A stretch of DNA of 62,818 nucleotides, counting the filler, from Chiloscyllium plagiosum (lineage: Eukaryota): the NCBI RefSeq assembly GCF_004010195.1. It is 6 parts of 2 records of this genome, joined end to end, with 100 filler letters (N's around TTAATTAATTAA, not from the genome) between each part and the next. Parts side by side here need not be neighbours in the genome. Positions count along the whole stretch, not along the records: positions 1 to 5,356 come from NC_057715.1; positions 5,457 to 22,363 come from NC_057715.1; 4 more parts are not named here. The stretch is one strand, 5' to 3'. The position numbers and the translations under genes are program-made. Positions 1-12,595 of this stretch are shown in pieces. How positions within the stretch are numbered: position 1 is the first letter of the stretch; each line of letters starts with the position of its first letter. The notes under the pieces were generated by a model. The model saw only the letters and a list, made by a program, of their open reading frames with translations, was not told where the DNA came from and made no database searches.

Positions 1-590
1 GGGCAGGGGTGGGGGCAGCATGGGGTGGGACAGATCCAGGGCCTGGGAGGATCAGTGTGGGGCTGGGTCCTGGCCTGGAGCCTGTGGCCTGGGAGGACCG
101 GGATGGGGGTGGCTCAGACCCTGGGCCAAGGCCTGGGACAGTGCTGGGTCAGACCCTGGAGCCTGTGGCCTGGGAGGACCGGGATGGGGGTGGCTCAGAC
201 CCTGGGCCAAGGCCTGGGACAGTGTGGGGCTGGGTCAGACCCTGGGCCTAGGCCTGGGACAGTGTGGGCGTGGGTCAGACCCTGGGCCTGAGCCTGGGCC
301 TGGGGCAGTGTGAGGGTAGGTCACACCCTGGGCCTGGGTCTGGGACAGTGTGGGGGTGGGTCACACCCTGGGTCCTGGGGCAGTGTGGGGGTGGGTCAGA
401 CTAAGGACCTGGAGCCTGGGGGTGGGGGGGTGAGTCAGACCCTGGGCCTGGATCCTGGGGCCTGAGAGGAGCAGTGTGAGGGTAGGTCAGACCCAGGGCC
501 TGTGGCAGTGTGGGGGTGGGTCAGGCCCTAGGGCCTGGGGCCTGGGAGGGTCAGTGTGGGGGTGGGTCAGACCATGGGCCTGGGGCCTGA
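1..590. repeat. G-rich degenerate minisatellite (cagtgtggggg-tgggtcagaccctgggcc units) with an 81-bp period duplication
   Basis: Units recur throughout; the block starting at 74 repeats at 155. Many GGG runs. Accounts for ORFs 9..313. Confidence 0.85.
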
Positions 591-1408
591 ACTCTGGAAC
601 TCCCTCCCTAAACCACCTCCCACTTCCCCTCTCCCCTCTCCCCAGCGCCACCGCTCCCCCACTCTCCTCCTCCCCTTTCCGCCTCTTCCCCTCCCTAAAT
701 CCAAGGCCTTAGTCATTGGGGCAGTTTGCCTGTTCCGGAATGTACCATGGACCATCCATTATTCCTGTACAATTATTGAAATAAGTCCCTGCTGAGGGGC
801 CCAGTTTTTCCAAATGTATCCTTCAAATCTGGTTATACATTTTAAACACCTCAATACCCTCACTGGTTAACCTCCAAAATTCAAGGGATTATGATCTACA
901 TAAAATGATCATTTTAATCCCTTTAATGCCAGTATCTTCCTGGTGAACCAACACTGCTTCCTCACCCCAAGGCTAACCTTACCCGCCAATTTACAGAGCG
1001 CAGACCTGAGCTCACTGCGATCAGGCACAGTTTGAGACAGCTGCTACATCACTGTGGTAGAAGGCAGTTGGGCTGAAAGGGTTAACTCGGAGGGTTTGGA
1101 CTCGCTCCAGCCTTAATATCGAAATGTCTCTATCTGGAAGAGGCTCATCCATTCCTGTTTGATGTTTGTAAGTTGTACAGTGTACAGATTGCTGAGGCCT
1201 GAGGCCTGGGTACTGTCTCTGAGGACATAACCAGGTCTCTAACCAAGTGTTAATATTGTTAACCAGCCTTAAACCAGGGTCAGCTGTGATCATTACTAGT
1301 AACCGGATTTGGAGGGTAGATTGTGAGAAATTGAGTTTCTCAGGAAGGAAGTATTTGAGCTTTTCCTGAACAGAGTTGAATTGGAATCATACATGATCCA
1401 GGGAACAT

Positions 1409-1505
1409 TCCTGATGAAGGGCTTTTGCCCGAAACGTTGATTTTCCTGCTCCTCGGATGCTGCCTGACCTGCTGTGCTTTTCCAGCACCACCCTCTCGAC
1501 TCCAA
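1409..1505 (+). mobile_element. Penelope-like pLTR fragment starting at a hammerhead core
   Basis: CTGATGA-a-GGGC-tttt-GCCC-GAAAC-GTT (1411-1438), followed by ggatgctgcctgacctgctgtgcttttccagc, which is shared with other PLE copies in the window. Confidence 0.75.
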
Positions 1506-2339
1506 CATTGTGGAAAAGGCAAACTGCTCCAATGAAAGTCCCAGTCCAGTCTATCTCTGCTCGGTCGTTGTTCAGGGATGTGTGTTTCTGCTGGGTCAGT
1601 CCTTCACTCATTGACACCAGTAAGCCCTAGGGGCTAGTATGACCAAGATGGGTGAGTGGCAGCATGTTCGCCCAGGGGTGATCTCAGAAGAACCAGTTGC
1701 CTGTGTCTCTCACAACAAACCCGCTCTCAGTTTGGAAACCTGAGCTTGCCCCTCTACCCGGTCAGATCTGGCTGTTCATACCTGGCCCCACCCGAAATGT
1801 TGAATGCTTTCACCGTGTTACCCCTCTGACCCAGTCAGTGCCCCGTCCCCTTGTACTCACTGATTCCCCTGTCAGCCTCGACCACATTACAGACATGGAG
1901 AAGACTGGAGAAACTCAGCACGTCTGGCAGCATCTTTGAGTGAGAGAGAGAGTGAACCCTTCCTCACAGCTGGGGGGGGGGGCAAGGTGGTATTGATGCT
2001 GAAGGTGGCGAGGGGGGGGGAGGGAAAAGTAATCAGATTAGTGTAGCCCGTGTAGCCCGTCTCTCTGATCTTGGTGATAGGCTCCTTTCAATAACTCACT
2101 CACTGCTAAAGTTAAACTGACCTGATTGCTAACTACTCTCCCTCCATCTGAAATACTGCAGCCAATGTTCATATTGTCAAGGGATACAGCCAGGCAGTGA
2201 GCAAATGGAGTTGAGGTACAGTCCATCTAATGATGGGAGTGATTTGATGGGCTGAATGGGCTTTTCCTGAACAAAGTGATGTTTATTTGTATTTGTGAAC
2301 GTGTATTAAAACAGGTGTTTCCTTTACCTGTTGGTGCAG

Positions 2340-2390
2340 GCGCAGGTTGAAGCTAAGAAGGAACATGAAGGAGCTGTGTTACTGCTAGAG
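2340..2390 (+). CDS. RIMBP2: RIMS-binding protein 2, coding exon (51 nt, AQVEAKKEHEGAVLLLE)
   Basis: tgcag| acceptor, |gtgagc donor, phase 0/0. The peptide matches my recollection of the vertebrate RIMBP2 N-terminal coiled-coil exon and is in frame with the downstream exons. Confidence 0.88.
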
Positions 2391-2729
2391 GTGAGCGCAA
2401 TATTCCAGATAATCAGCAATGGGTCGCAAGCATCTCCAATCAGTCTTTGTGTTGTCTTTCTCATGTCTGATGAGGTCTGAGCATTGATATGGCTGTGCTG
2501 TTTTGTCCAGAGACGTTATAGTTAGATCACCAACTCAGACAGAGTGATGTAGACGGTGAGGTTCTGGAAGTGTGTGGGTGAATAAACACAGCAGGTTTGT
2601 TCACAGTATGGAGGGATCTGTTTGGTGCTGGGAGTGATCTCAGCCTCAGGAACGTGGGAATGGACAAAACTCATCCTGCCTAATGTTTCACTTCCAGTCA
2701 GAAACAAAATCCTCTTCATTCTCTTCAAT

Positions 2730-2835
2730 TGGATGGGTACACGGATGGGTGCTTAAGCTCGGACAAATGTTCGGCACAACATCGTGGGCCGAAGGGCCTG
2801 TTCTGTGCTGTATTGTTCTATGTTCTATGTTCTAA
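2730..2835 (+). mobile_element. CR1 LINE 3' end
   Basis: gaagggcctgttctgtgctgtattgttctatgttctatgttcta: CR1-type terminal motif with a 7-mer microsatellite tail. Confidence 0.75.
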
Positions 2836-3864
2836 CAGCATACCAGGCTCCGAATCCTGTTGAATATAAATTGGTTTACAGAGCGTCGAAAGCACTATGT
2901 ATCAGAATTGATGAGATGCCTTTCCATTCCAGTATTGTCAGACAAAATTATATTTTGGAAAAGTAACTTTCTCCAGGGATTTGGGGAAATGCGTGAAGCA
3001 TGAAATCAGGCAGGGTCAAGGGAAGGGCACAGGTCAAAGAGACTGGGATTAATTGGGGAAAAAACTGACAGTGCTGGAGAAACTCAGCAGGTCAGGCAGG
3101 CTCTGTGGAGAGAGAAACAGAGTTGACATTTCAAGTCTGCTAGGCCTCTTCCAAATTAATTGAATGATGACTCTTTCAAAGAGCCAGCACATGCACAATG
3201 AGTGAAATGGCCACATTTCTGATGAATAAATAATTCACTGTAACCTCTGATAAAGTTAGATTTGGGGCGTCAAAGTCTTTGAAATCAAATTATTCTTTGT
3301 AATTTTCATCTGCAAATGGCAGTGATGATGATGTTTGTTGCTGAAAGGTTTGAATTCCTTTGGGTTTAGTCCTCACCAAGGCATCTGTGTCTCATCATTT
3401 CCTCTATCTCCCTGACAACATTGATCGAAATCTCAGCTCAGAGCACTACGTTAATGACCACATTCACTGGAAAGTCCTCCTCTTTCCTGTAACCTCCTGC
3501 ATCTCCTTGTCCCAGGGTCAGCTGCTGCTGACATCCTCATGGATTCCTCACTGCTACAAGACTGGGACGCTCCTTAACTCCCTGCCCCCGCCAACCCCTG
3601 GCCCTCTCTCCTGGCTCCAAACCTCAGCTCATTTGAAACACCGCCATCCCCACCCCACCCCACCTCCACAAAACCCCGGCAGGTTTAAGCTCATTCACCA
3701 ACGTGCCCTCCATTCTGACAACAATTTAATCTTTCAATTCTTATCCTTGTTTGTATATCCCTCTGTACTCTCCTCCACATGGAACAGTAGTTCCCTCCAG
3801 GACAATGCAGTTGCTTCCCAAATCTCACTTCCTGCATTCCCAACACCAGGAAACTTACAGACAT

Positions 3865-4216
3865 CACAGAGAGGGAGGGGGGGAGAGCGAGAGAAAGAGA
3901 CATAGAGAGAGACAGACACCGAGAGAGACTGAGGGAGATACAGAGGGTGAAGCAGAGAGAGAGGGAGACAGATAAAGAGAGGGACAGAGGGAGACCGAGA
4001 GATACAGGGAGAGAGACAGAATTGGAGAGAGAGAGAATGTGAGAGGGACAGAGCGAGAGAGAGACACAGAGAGAATGTGAGAGGGAGACAGAGCGAGAGA
4101 GAGACACAGAGAGAATGTGAGAGGGACAGAGCGAGAGAGAGAGACACAGAGAGAATGTGAGAGGGACAGAGCGAGAGAGAGACACAGAGAGAATGTTAGA
4201 GGGACAGAGAGAGAGA
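3865..4216. repeat. (GA)-rich simple repeat with ~38-bp subunits
   Basis: gagagaatgtgagagggacagagcgagagagagacaca repeated about 5 times. Confidence 0.9.
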
Positions 4217-4469
4217 GTGTTGGGGTGTAGAGCTTACTGTGGGACAGTCACTGAGAGGGGGAGCTCCTGCTGACTTGACTCACTCAATCCCCCCCAAGCC
4301 ACTGTGATTTTCCAATCCTCCCTGGCTGTTTGAGTCAGTTGGTGTGATCCTGCGGGGATCAGCCTCAGCAGTTTTGGTCAAAGCTTTCAAGAGGCTGTGG
4401 CTATTTGACAGAAGCAATGTGCAGACAGACAGGGAGAAAGCAGGTCATTAGTGCAATGTCATGATGCTC

Positions 4470-4775
4470 ACTTTCCAAACCCATGACCACTTCCATCTAG
4501 AAGGACAAGGGGCAGCAGATACATGGGAACACCACCCCCTGCAAGTTCCCCTCCAAGCCCCTCACCATCCTGACTTGGAAATATATCACCGTTCCTTCAC
4601 TGTCACTGGGTCAGAATCCTGGAATTGCCTCCCTAAGGGATATTGTGGGTCTACCCACAGCACATGGACTGCAGGGGGTCAAGAAGGCAGCTCACCCTCA
4701 CCTTCTCAAGGAGGGCAACTAGGGACTCGGCAATAAATGCTAGGCCCAGACAGCGAGACCCACATCTCACGAATG
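4470..4775 (+). mobile_element. 3' end of a second CR1-group LINE family ('family Z')
   Basis: ccatctagaaggacaagg...gcaataaatgctaggccc. Other copies at ~11945-12095(-), 15790-15985(+), 20815-21110(+), 23040-23310(-) and at the 3' end of the long copy at 40340(-). Confidence 0.75.
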
Positions 4776-5065
4776 AATTTGGAAGGAGGTTTGGAGAGTC
4801 AATGCTGACCCAACAGGCCGAAGAGCCTTTGTGCAACAATTCTGTCATTCTCATTTCCTGCAGCTCAGAGCCTGCGCTGAGCTCAGTGTCAGTGGGTGAC
4901 GCCAGGCAGCTCCCTGTCTGGCTTCACTTTTGTAATAGCTGTCCCTCAGACACAGCTGCCAGCTGACCCACTGCCCACCCCAACTCTCCCCCTCTGAGTC
5001 ATCCCTGCACCTCATCGCCCCCCCACCTCCCCGGGTCAGAGAGAGCTGTCTGTCTCTGTTACCTC

Positions 5066-5356
5066 TGTGTATGAGTGTGTGAGTGTGTGGGTGTATGTGT
5101 GTGTGAGTGTGTGTGTGTGGGTGTGAGGGTGTGTGTGTGTGTGTATGTGTTTGTGTGTGAGAGTATGTGCGTGTGAGGGTGTGTGTGTGTATGTGTGTAT
5201 GTGTGGGGGTGTGTGTGTGTGTGTGAGGGTGTGTGTGAGAGTGTGTGTGTGAGAGTGCATGTGTGTGCATGCGTGTGTGTGAGAGAGTGCATGTGTGTGC
5301 ATGTGTGTGTGAGAGTGTGTGTGTGAGAGTGCATGTGGGTGCATGCGTGGGTGGGA
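5066..5356. repeat. (TG)-rich simple repeat
   Basis: Imperfect TG/GA dinucleotide tract; accounts for the His/Thr ORFs on the minus strand. Confidence 0.92.
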
Positions 5357-5456
5357 NNNNNNNNNNNNNNNNNNNNNNNNNNNNNNNNNNNNNNNNNNNN
5401 TTAATTAATTAANNNNNNNNNNNNNNNNNNNNNNNNNNNNNNNNNNNNNNNNNNNN
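5357..5456. other. Artificial 100-bp scaffold linker N44-TTAATTAATTAA-N44
   Basis: Identical structure at 22364-22463, 33500-33599, 36873-36972 and 58282-58381. The 12-mer has stops in all six frames. Confidence 0.95.
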
Positions 5457-6719
5457 GGATGGTGTTGGGGTGAGATGAAGAGTAGTACATGAAGAAGAAA
5501 TGGGGAGTGGGTGGGGCTAACTGATGTCTCCTTCTCCCCCCCCCCCCCCTCCCCCAAGGTCAGAGAACTGGCATTGTTTGGGGTTAGGGATGGTGGGGGT
5601 GGGGTGGGGGTGGGGAGCGACAGAGTCTACAGGCACTTCTTTGGTCACCATTGGACCTCCAGTGGAGGTCCCACAGCTGAGAGCCAGCACCAAGTGGGTG
5701 ATCCCAGTCCACAGGCATGGACAGTGAAGCCGAGGGAGGCAGTGGAGGGGTGATCAGTCACGGAGGGGGAGGGGAGGGAGACTTGGGGGGTGCACCCAGG
5801 GTCCAAGGCAAGGGCGAGGGGCTGCCTCTCGGGGGCTCCCTCGTCCCTGCACTGAATGCCAGGTCTCAGGTACGATGTGTTTGATATTGAGGAACCCTCC
5901 TGGGCAGGGGGTGGTTTACTGAACTAACCCAACAAGACAATCCAAAAAGCCTCTATTCAATTCTAGCAGAATCACTAAAACTCAAATGGGCCTGAAGATA
6001 ATCAGAGTGGATTGACTTCGACATGAGCCTAAATAACATCCTGCACTTGGCAGATAAGAATCCCACATTAGCCCCTTCCTGTTGTATGTGTCCCTTGCCT
6101 TTAAGAGACTTCACCTTTAAGGTCTGAGTGGACACAATGTGTGACAGTTCATCTGCCAGGGGCTTACAAACTGCAAACTCCTCAAGCGTTTGCTTCATAA
6201 CTTGTGATGGGTTTTACTGTTTTCCCTACACTAACTGATGGACTTAATCCCTGACCAGTGACTGATTACTAGACCGTTAGCACAGAAGAGTTACAGTGTA
6301 GAATGAGGCCATTCGGCCCATCTTGCCTGCACTGGCTTTTCTCAAGATCACTGACATGACACCCTTTCTCCCGTCCAACTTAACTGGGGAAATTTCCCCA
6401 TTGGTGTGAGACCAGCTTGGGGCCCATCCCATAACAAGGTGAGCCCTGACCAGGTTCCCCACCTCAGCCCTCAGTGGGTCCTCTCTTATAGAGCAGTGCA
6501 GTGATTCCGATGGTAAACTGTTACAGGGAGACAGCTGGTAAAGACAGTGGAAGAGATTTGATAGCGAGGAAGAAGACTCAATCTTCAAAACAACAAATCC
6601 TGACCCACTCTGTGTGCTGCTTTGATTGTAACTGTGTGCGAACCTGTATTTGTGCTGTGTATGTACAGATGTGTCAATCTGTGTCCTGATGTTTTCTTTT
6701 ACTTTAATGCGTGGATCAG

Positions 6720-6740
6720 AACACCTTGGACAGCATGCAG
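6720..6740 (+). CDS. RIMBP2: RIMBP2 21-nt microexon (NTLDSMQ)
   Basis: gttttcttttactttaaTGCgtggatcag|AACACCTTGGACAGCATGCAG|gtatcc. It preserves frame and gives LLE-NTLDSMQ-AKVRELEEKC, like a RIMBP2 isoform insert I recall. Confidence 0.8.
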
Positions 6741-9700
6741 GTATCCTTCACAAGATGACTGTCAGATCTCCCTGCTTTTAGATGTGGTCCTTGCTTTAAG
6801 GGACTTGCCTAGCTACCTGCTATTCTTCCTGTTTTGTAAGTTTTTTTGCTCATTTACAACAGGAATAATCCGGAAAAACACACGAACAATTGGTAAAACA
6901 AATACACTGACTGATTCGGATCTCTGAACAGCCTGATTATTAGTGGCTGTTTGAAAAATGATACCATCTGCCTTTCCTTGTTTCAATGTTTGTGATCTTC
7001 CAATTGCAAGATCAAAGAAACGATTGAAAATGGGGATCAAACCAAATCTATGTGAATTCCAAACAAGTTCTAACAGTTTGGACTTTACCTGAAAACTTGC
7101 AAAAGAGAAAAATGCAGAGACAAGGAACTCTCGGCTTGTTCTGTGTTAGAGGCTGAGCCACAGACAGAGAATGGGCGGTTAATACTCTGGAACATTTCAC
7201 ACAGCAGGCATGGCGAGTCCTTGTTTAAATCCTCTCTGTTTAATGCATCTGAATCTGGTCACCCTGTCAGCAAGGGAGTACATTGACAGCTGTCTGGCTA
7301 CACTCTGATGCCTGAGTAGGAGATCCATCTGCCTCCCTCATAGTCTGCTGCTCGATTTACTGCTTTTCATCAGATGAGGAAGAAACCCTCATTTCTTGAT
7401 CAGGACCAGCCTCTAAAGTTCAGTGTGGGATTGATGAATCAAGCAACTTCGATTTTCCCAAATCCTCGCTGTTATTTCCATTCTCAGTTTGATTATTTCC
7501 CTTCTGTTTGCTGCTGTTGGTGGTGGTGGGAGGGCTGTGGGATTAATCTCAGCTTCATTGAGCTGTTAAAAACCTGCCCTCCTGCTCTAACACTGACTGA
7601 GCACCTTATTATGGGATGGGGCAGTTCGGTCCTGTGCTGATGAAGGTTATTAACTCTGACTGTACATGTTACAGAAGTTTTCAATCACATGACTTCCCAT
7701 TGCTTACTGCTCTATCCCAGAGTCTTCCCATTCATCACCTACAGGGAATCCATAGCCAATCAGAGAGTGATCTGAATCTCTACCAGCTGATTGGATGATA
7801 TTTTGCTGTCAATTGATCAACATCTTTTTCCAAATGTCTGAGGATTTTCAAATCACAGAATAGTTTGAGTACAGGACGGGGCCATGGCAAGCCCTGTTAT
7901 TGCTCAGTTGGTGTTACCTGGAGTCAGCCTGTAACCCAGCCCAATCGGAAGTTCAGGTAATGGTTAAACCTTCCTCCCTACCCTCTCAGGCAGCACATTC
8001 CACATCCTGACCACTCACTGCATCCACACACATCCCCCGATAACCTCCATTGCTCCTTCTGCCAATCACATTCAATCTCTGCTCTCGGGTTCCTGATCCT
8101 TCCACCAGTGGGAACAGTTTCTCTCGACTGAGTCTGCCCTGATCTCTCCTGATTCTGAACACTTCTCAAGCTTCTTGGAGATGCAGATCCCTCACCACTC
8201 AGATAACATGCTGCTCATTTATTCTCCTCGTTAACATGGACAGTTTCCCACTTTCCCACATTGTACTCCATTTGCCAGATCTTCACCAATCCCTTAAGCT
8301 GTCTTCATGACTCACTCTCTGACTTATCTTTGTGTTAATCACAACATCTTCAGTTTTCTTTATCCATTTTGGTACATTGTAAAACAGTTCCTCCCCAGCT
8401 CTGTTCCCTGTGACACATCACTTGTTAATGTGAACCCACTTCCTGTTTCCTGTTAGCCAGCCAATCATCCCTCCTGGCCAATGTGGTAAAATTAACTCCA
8501 GACAGCAGAGTGAATCATTAAAACTAACTTCAAACAAATCGAACAATTCATCCTTTGGGTTGTTGGTCTTCCCTTTCCATTTGGTTATTGAAGGAGTGTT
8601 CTAGTCAAGGCTGTAACTCAGACCCAGAGCCTCTCTGGGTTGGCCACTGAGTGATGCCTGGCTCAGTGTTATTTCCAAGTCCCTTACTGGTGCAATCTCA
8701 GAATCTTTATCAAGGGCACAGTCTCAACTGAGATTTCCAACATTAGCTCTTCACCTGGGGCACTGCTGAACTCTGCTTCGACAATGTAATGGTCCCAGCT
8801 GAAGGGAGGTTGCTATGACCATTACAACAAGCCTCAGCAATAAACCAGGCATCGTTTCATCTTCTCATCATTACTTTTGATTCCAGATTTTTTAAAGATG
8901 GAAGATCGATCTGGAAATTAGGGTAGCAGAGTAAGTTCCTGTGGGAATTAGACACAGATGACTGTTATTCCACCATCCTTGCTCCCTCAACCAACATGTT
9001 CCTCATTAACCAGCCTGCAGACACCTCCGTTGTCTCTCAGTATGTTAACTCCACTGTAGGCTTCACACACACTAAAGGACGAGCAATTTCCTTACATTTT
9101 GCCAGCAATCTTCCTCAAGTACAAGACCTGATTACCGATAGCCTGGGAGGTGATGGCATTTCATTGTCTCATGTCTGTTAAACATGAACCTGACTCACTG
9201 ATAAACACAAATGCTGAGGTCAATATAGTGTTAGCTGCTAATCCCTATTGTCAGACAGAAAATATTTAATCAAACATTAAATTATTTCCATTTTGGATTG
9301 AATGAGGTAGTTTCTTCCTGTGTGGTGGTTATAGCGTTCTGATGTATCTGCCTTTTTGTGTGTCTCTGCTGATGCTGTGCAATGTGTGTGGAGACTGTCC
9401 ATGTATACCCTGAATCTACATGGTGCCGAGCTGCCCTGTTAGCTCAGGAAGTCGATGTAGTAGGGACAGGAACCTGGTGTGAGCTGCTGGACACTTTGGG
9501 CCATTCCTCACCTCGTGGCCCTCTGGCCATCAAGTGCTGGATTCTGGATATGTGGGGAGATTGCATTGCCGTAGTGCCTGGTTGTCCATGTGTTAATCAG
9601 CAACTCTCCACCCTGTCAGGCCCAGCCCCCTGCCTGGACATGCCTGTTCCCCAATCAGAGTGATGTGGGGGGGATGAGAGGGCGGTACCAGTGTTCAGAG

Positions 9701-10279
9701 TGAATGAAACAGCCCAATTTCCCATTTCACTTCAGACAGTGTTGTAAGAGTGACAGGTCTTTTCGATCTTAGTCATAGAGCCCAGTGTGTCAGAGGGATA
9801 GGGGGTTTGTAGCAGTGATTCCTGGGCCTGAACCAGCTGTCTATAAACAGCTCCAGGCAGGGACTGTGGCAGAGGGCATCTCTGCCAACTCCCTGCTCTT
9901 TTCCCTGATTATGTTGGTGCCCAGGGGTCCTTGGAGAGGGAGTATGTGCTGTCCACCAATACTCTCGATGCCTTTAAGGAGAAGTGGGCACCACGGCAGA
10001 TACAATGCTTTATTTCCCACCCCTACCCCCCCACAGTATTCTGATTTAATCCCTTCCCTCTCTCCATACCTGCTCCTGCCTCTTACCTGTGATGGTTTGC
10101 TTCCCCCATATTGGCCTGAGCTGGTAAATACTGCATTGGCTTCCCGGCTGTCTTACTGGTGGTGGGTAGAAGGGGCAGAAAACAATAAGTTGCAATTAAT
10201 GATTGGAGCTGACGAGCTCAGTGCATGTGGAGGGTGGGGATTCAACTTTGTATTAGATGTATGCAAAGTACTGAAAGAC

Positions 10280-11285
10280 GTGTGGTGTGTGTGTGTCTGT
10301 GTGTGTGCACGCATGCTCATGTATATCTGTGTGTGTATCTCCTTCTGTATGTGCGTCTGTCCCTGTGTGTACATGTTTGTGTGTGTCTGTGTGTGTTTAT
10401 CTGTGTCTGTGTATGTCTTGGCATGTATGTTTCTGCATGTGTATGTATTTTGGTGCATATATCTCCATGTGTGTGCGTATGTGTCTCGGTGTGTATATCT
10501 CTGTGTCTGTGTGTGCATGTGTATCTCTATGTCTGTGTGTGTGTACACCTTGGTATGTATATCTCCATCTGTGTATGTGTGTGTGTATATCTGTGTCTGT
10601 ATGTGTATATATATATATATATTGGGATGTGTGTGTGTGTACCTGTGTGTGTGCATCTCCATCTCTGTATACGTATCTGTGTGTGTATCTGTGTATGTAT
10701 ATGTATCTATATATCTCTGTATCTGTGGGTGTGTGTGTGTATATCTGTGTCTGTATGTGTATATATATATATCGGGGTGTGTGTACCTGTGTGTGTGTAT
10801 CTCCATCTCTGTATACGTATCTGTGTGTGTGTGTGTATCTGTGTGTGTATATGTATCTATATATCTCTGAATCTCTGTGTGTGTATATCTGTGTCTGTGT
10901 ATATATATATCGGGGTGTGTGTGTGTGTATATATGTATCTATATATCTCTGTATCTGTGGGTGTGGGGGTGTGTGTGTATACCTGTGTCTGTATGTGTAT
11001 ATATATATCGGGATGTGTGTGTATGTGTGCGTATCTGTGTGTGTGTATATCTTCATCTCTGTATGCGTACCTGTGTGTGTGTATCTATGTGTGTATATGT
11101 ATCTATACATCTCTGTATCTGTGTGTGTGTGTGTGTGTGTATATCTGTGTGTGTGTGTGTATTGGTGTCTATGTCGATATATCTGTGTGTGTATCTCCAT
11201 CTCTGTGTGTGTTCCTCGGTGTGTGTATATATCCCTGTGTACCTTGGTATGTGTGTGTGTGTGTGCGTGTGCGTGTGTGTGTGTT
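10280..11285. repeat. ~1 kb TG/TA-rich compound microsatellite abutting the RIMBP2 acceptor
   Basis: Continuous gtgtgtatatctgtgtctg-like units up to tttcctgtgcag; accounts for the Cys/Val ORFs 9785-11529. Confidence 0.92.
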
Positions 11286-11295
11286 TCCTGTGCAG

Positions 11296-11488
11296 GCCAA
11301 GGTGCGAGAGTTAGAGGAGAAATGTCGAAATCAGAGCGAGCAGTTCAGTCTGCTCTCCAGGGAGTTGGAGACTTTTCGTCAGAGTGCTGGTAACATTGAC
11401 CTGCTCAGCTGCCCGGCCTCACAGAGGGAGAGAGCTGGCAAGACCCAGCCTCCACTGATGAACGGACTAGCCACAGTGCTTCCTAAAG
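11296..11488 (+). CDS. RIMBP2: RIMBP2 exon (AKVRELEEKCRNQSEQFSLLSRELETFRQ...MNGLATVLPK)
   Basis: tttcctgtgcag| and |gtagga, 193 nt, phase 0/1. Strong similarity to RIMBP2 SKVRELEEKCRTQSEQFNLLSRDLEKFRQ. Confidence 0.93.
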
Positions 11489-12335
11489 GTAGGAGACCTT
11501 TACCTGCAGCTACCTTTCCAACATTCTGATGCTCATTGTCAATCTCCAACCATTGGAAGCAGCCTTCTGTGGTCAGACTCTCGGCTGCTGTCCCTGAGGA
11601 GCAGACGGTTGACAAACTGAGTGGAGACTGTGTCGATGTTAGTTACACCTCTGGGTGGGTAATGTGACATAACCACTCCGGCTGTAATCCAGGTCTCATT
11701 CTCCAGCCCAATGGGCTGGCCCATTCCCAGCAGCCTTTATACTGACCCCCCTCTGTGTTGATGAACACTGGGCTATTCTCCTCCAGGGTCTTGTGCTAAC
11801 TTTGATTCCATCAGGTCAGCTTTGGGGAGAGTGAGATTCCACAGTATCCAGTCATTTTGTGAGATTTTTCCGTGTGTAAATTATGTAGGAGCAGAGCCTG
11901 GTTTTCAGTTGTGTCCCATTGGCTGTGAAGAGCAAGTTTTTATTCATTCACAGGACAGAGGTGTCACTGACTGGGCCCAGCATTTATTACCCCATCCCTA
12001 GTTGTCCCTTGAGAAGGTGGGGGGGGTGAGCTGCCATCTTTAATCACTGCAGTCAGTGTGCTGTGGGTAGACCCACGATGCCCTGAGGGAGGAAACTGGA
12101 CCATGAGAAGTTGCAAAACGTTCTGATCATGTGAGGGCTGAGGTCTGAGAAGGAGGTAGATTCACTGAACTTTGACCTTGCCTCATCCAGCAATGAGATT
12201 GTTCCAATGTGCATCCCCAAACCTTCAGCGTTCTGAACCAATCACAGTGATCGAAATTGGACTGAAGAGTCAACAATAGCCCCAAGCACAATTTGAGGGA
12301 CGGTCTCAGTGGGGGAGAGATCATCAAATCAAAGA

Positions 12336-12595
12336 ATCATCGAATCCCCACAGTGCAGAAAGAGACCATTCAGCCCATCGAGTTTGCACAACCCACCCAC
12401 AACCATCCCCCTACCCTATCCATGTAATCCTGCATTTTCCATGGTGAATCCACCTGACCTGCACATCTTTGGACTGTGGGAGGAAACCGGAGCACCCGGA
12501 GGAAACCCACACAAACACGGGGAGAATGTGCAAACTCCACACAGTCGCCCGAGGCTGGAATCGAACCTGGGACCCTGGTGCTGTGAGGCAGCAGG
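12336..12595 (-). mobile_element. HE1/V-SINE-like tRNA-derived SINE (5' head clipped)
   Basis: The minus strand has a B-box ggttcgattcc and the V-domain gtgtggagtttgcacattctccccgtg...ggtttcctcccacagtccaaagatgtgcagg, ending in a CR1-like tail. Confidence 0.8.

Noticed and set aside
7374..7640. ORF after ttttcatcag, a possible cryptic exon
   Set aside because: No homology to RIMBP2 and no convincing donor.
9785..11295. Long Cys/Val and His/Thr ORFs (up to 434 aa)
   Set aside because: Translation of a TG/TA microsatellite; only 11296-11488 is a real exon.
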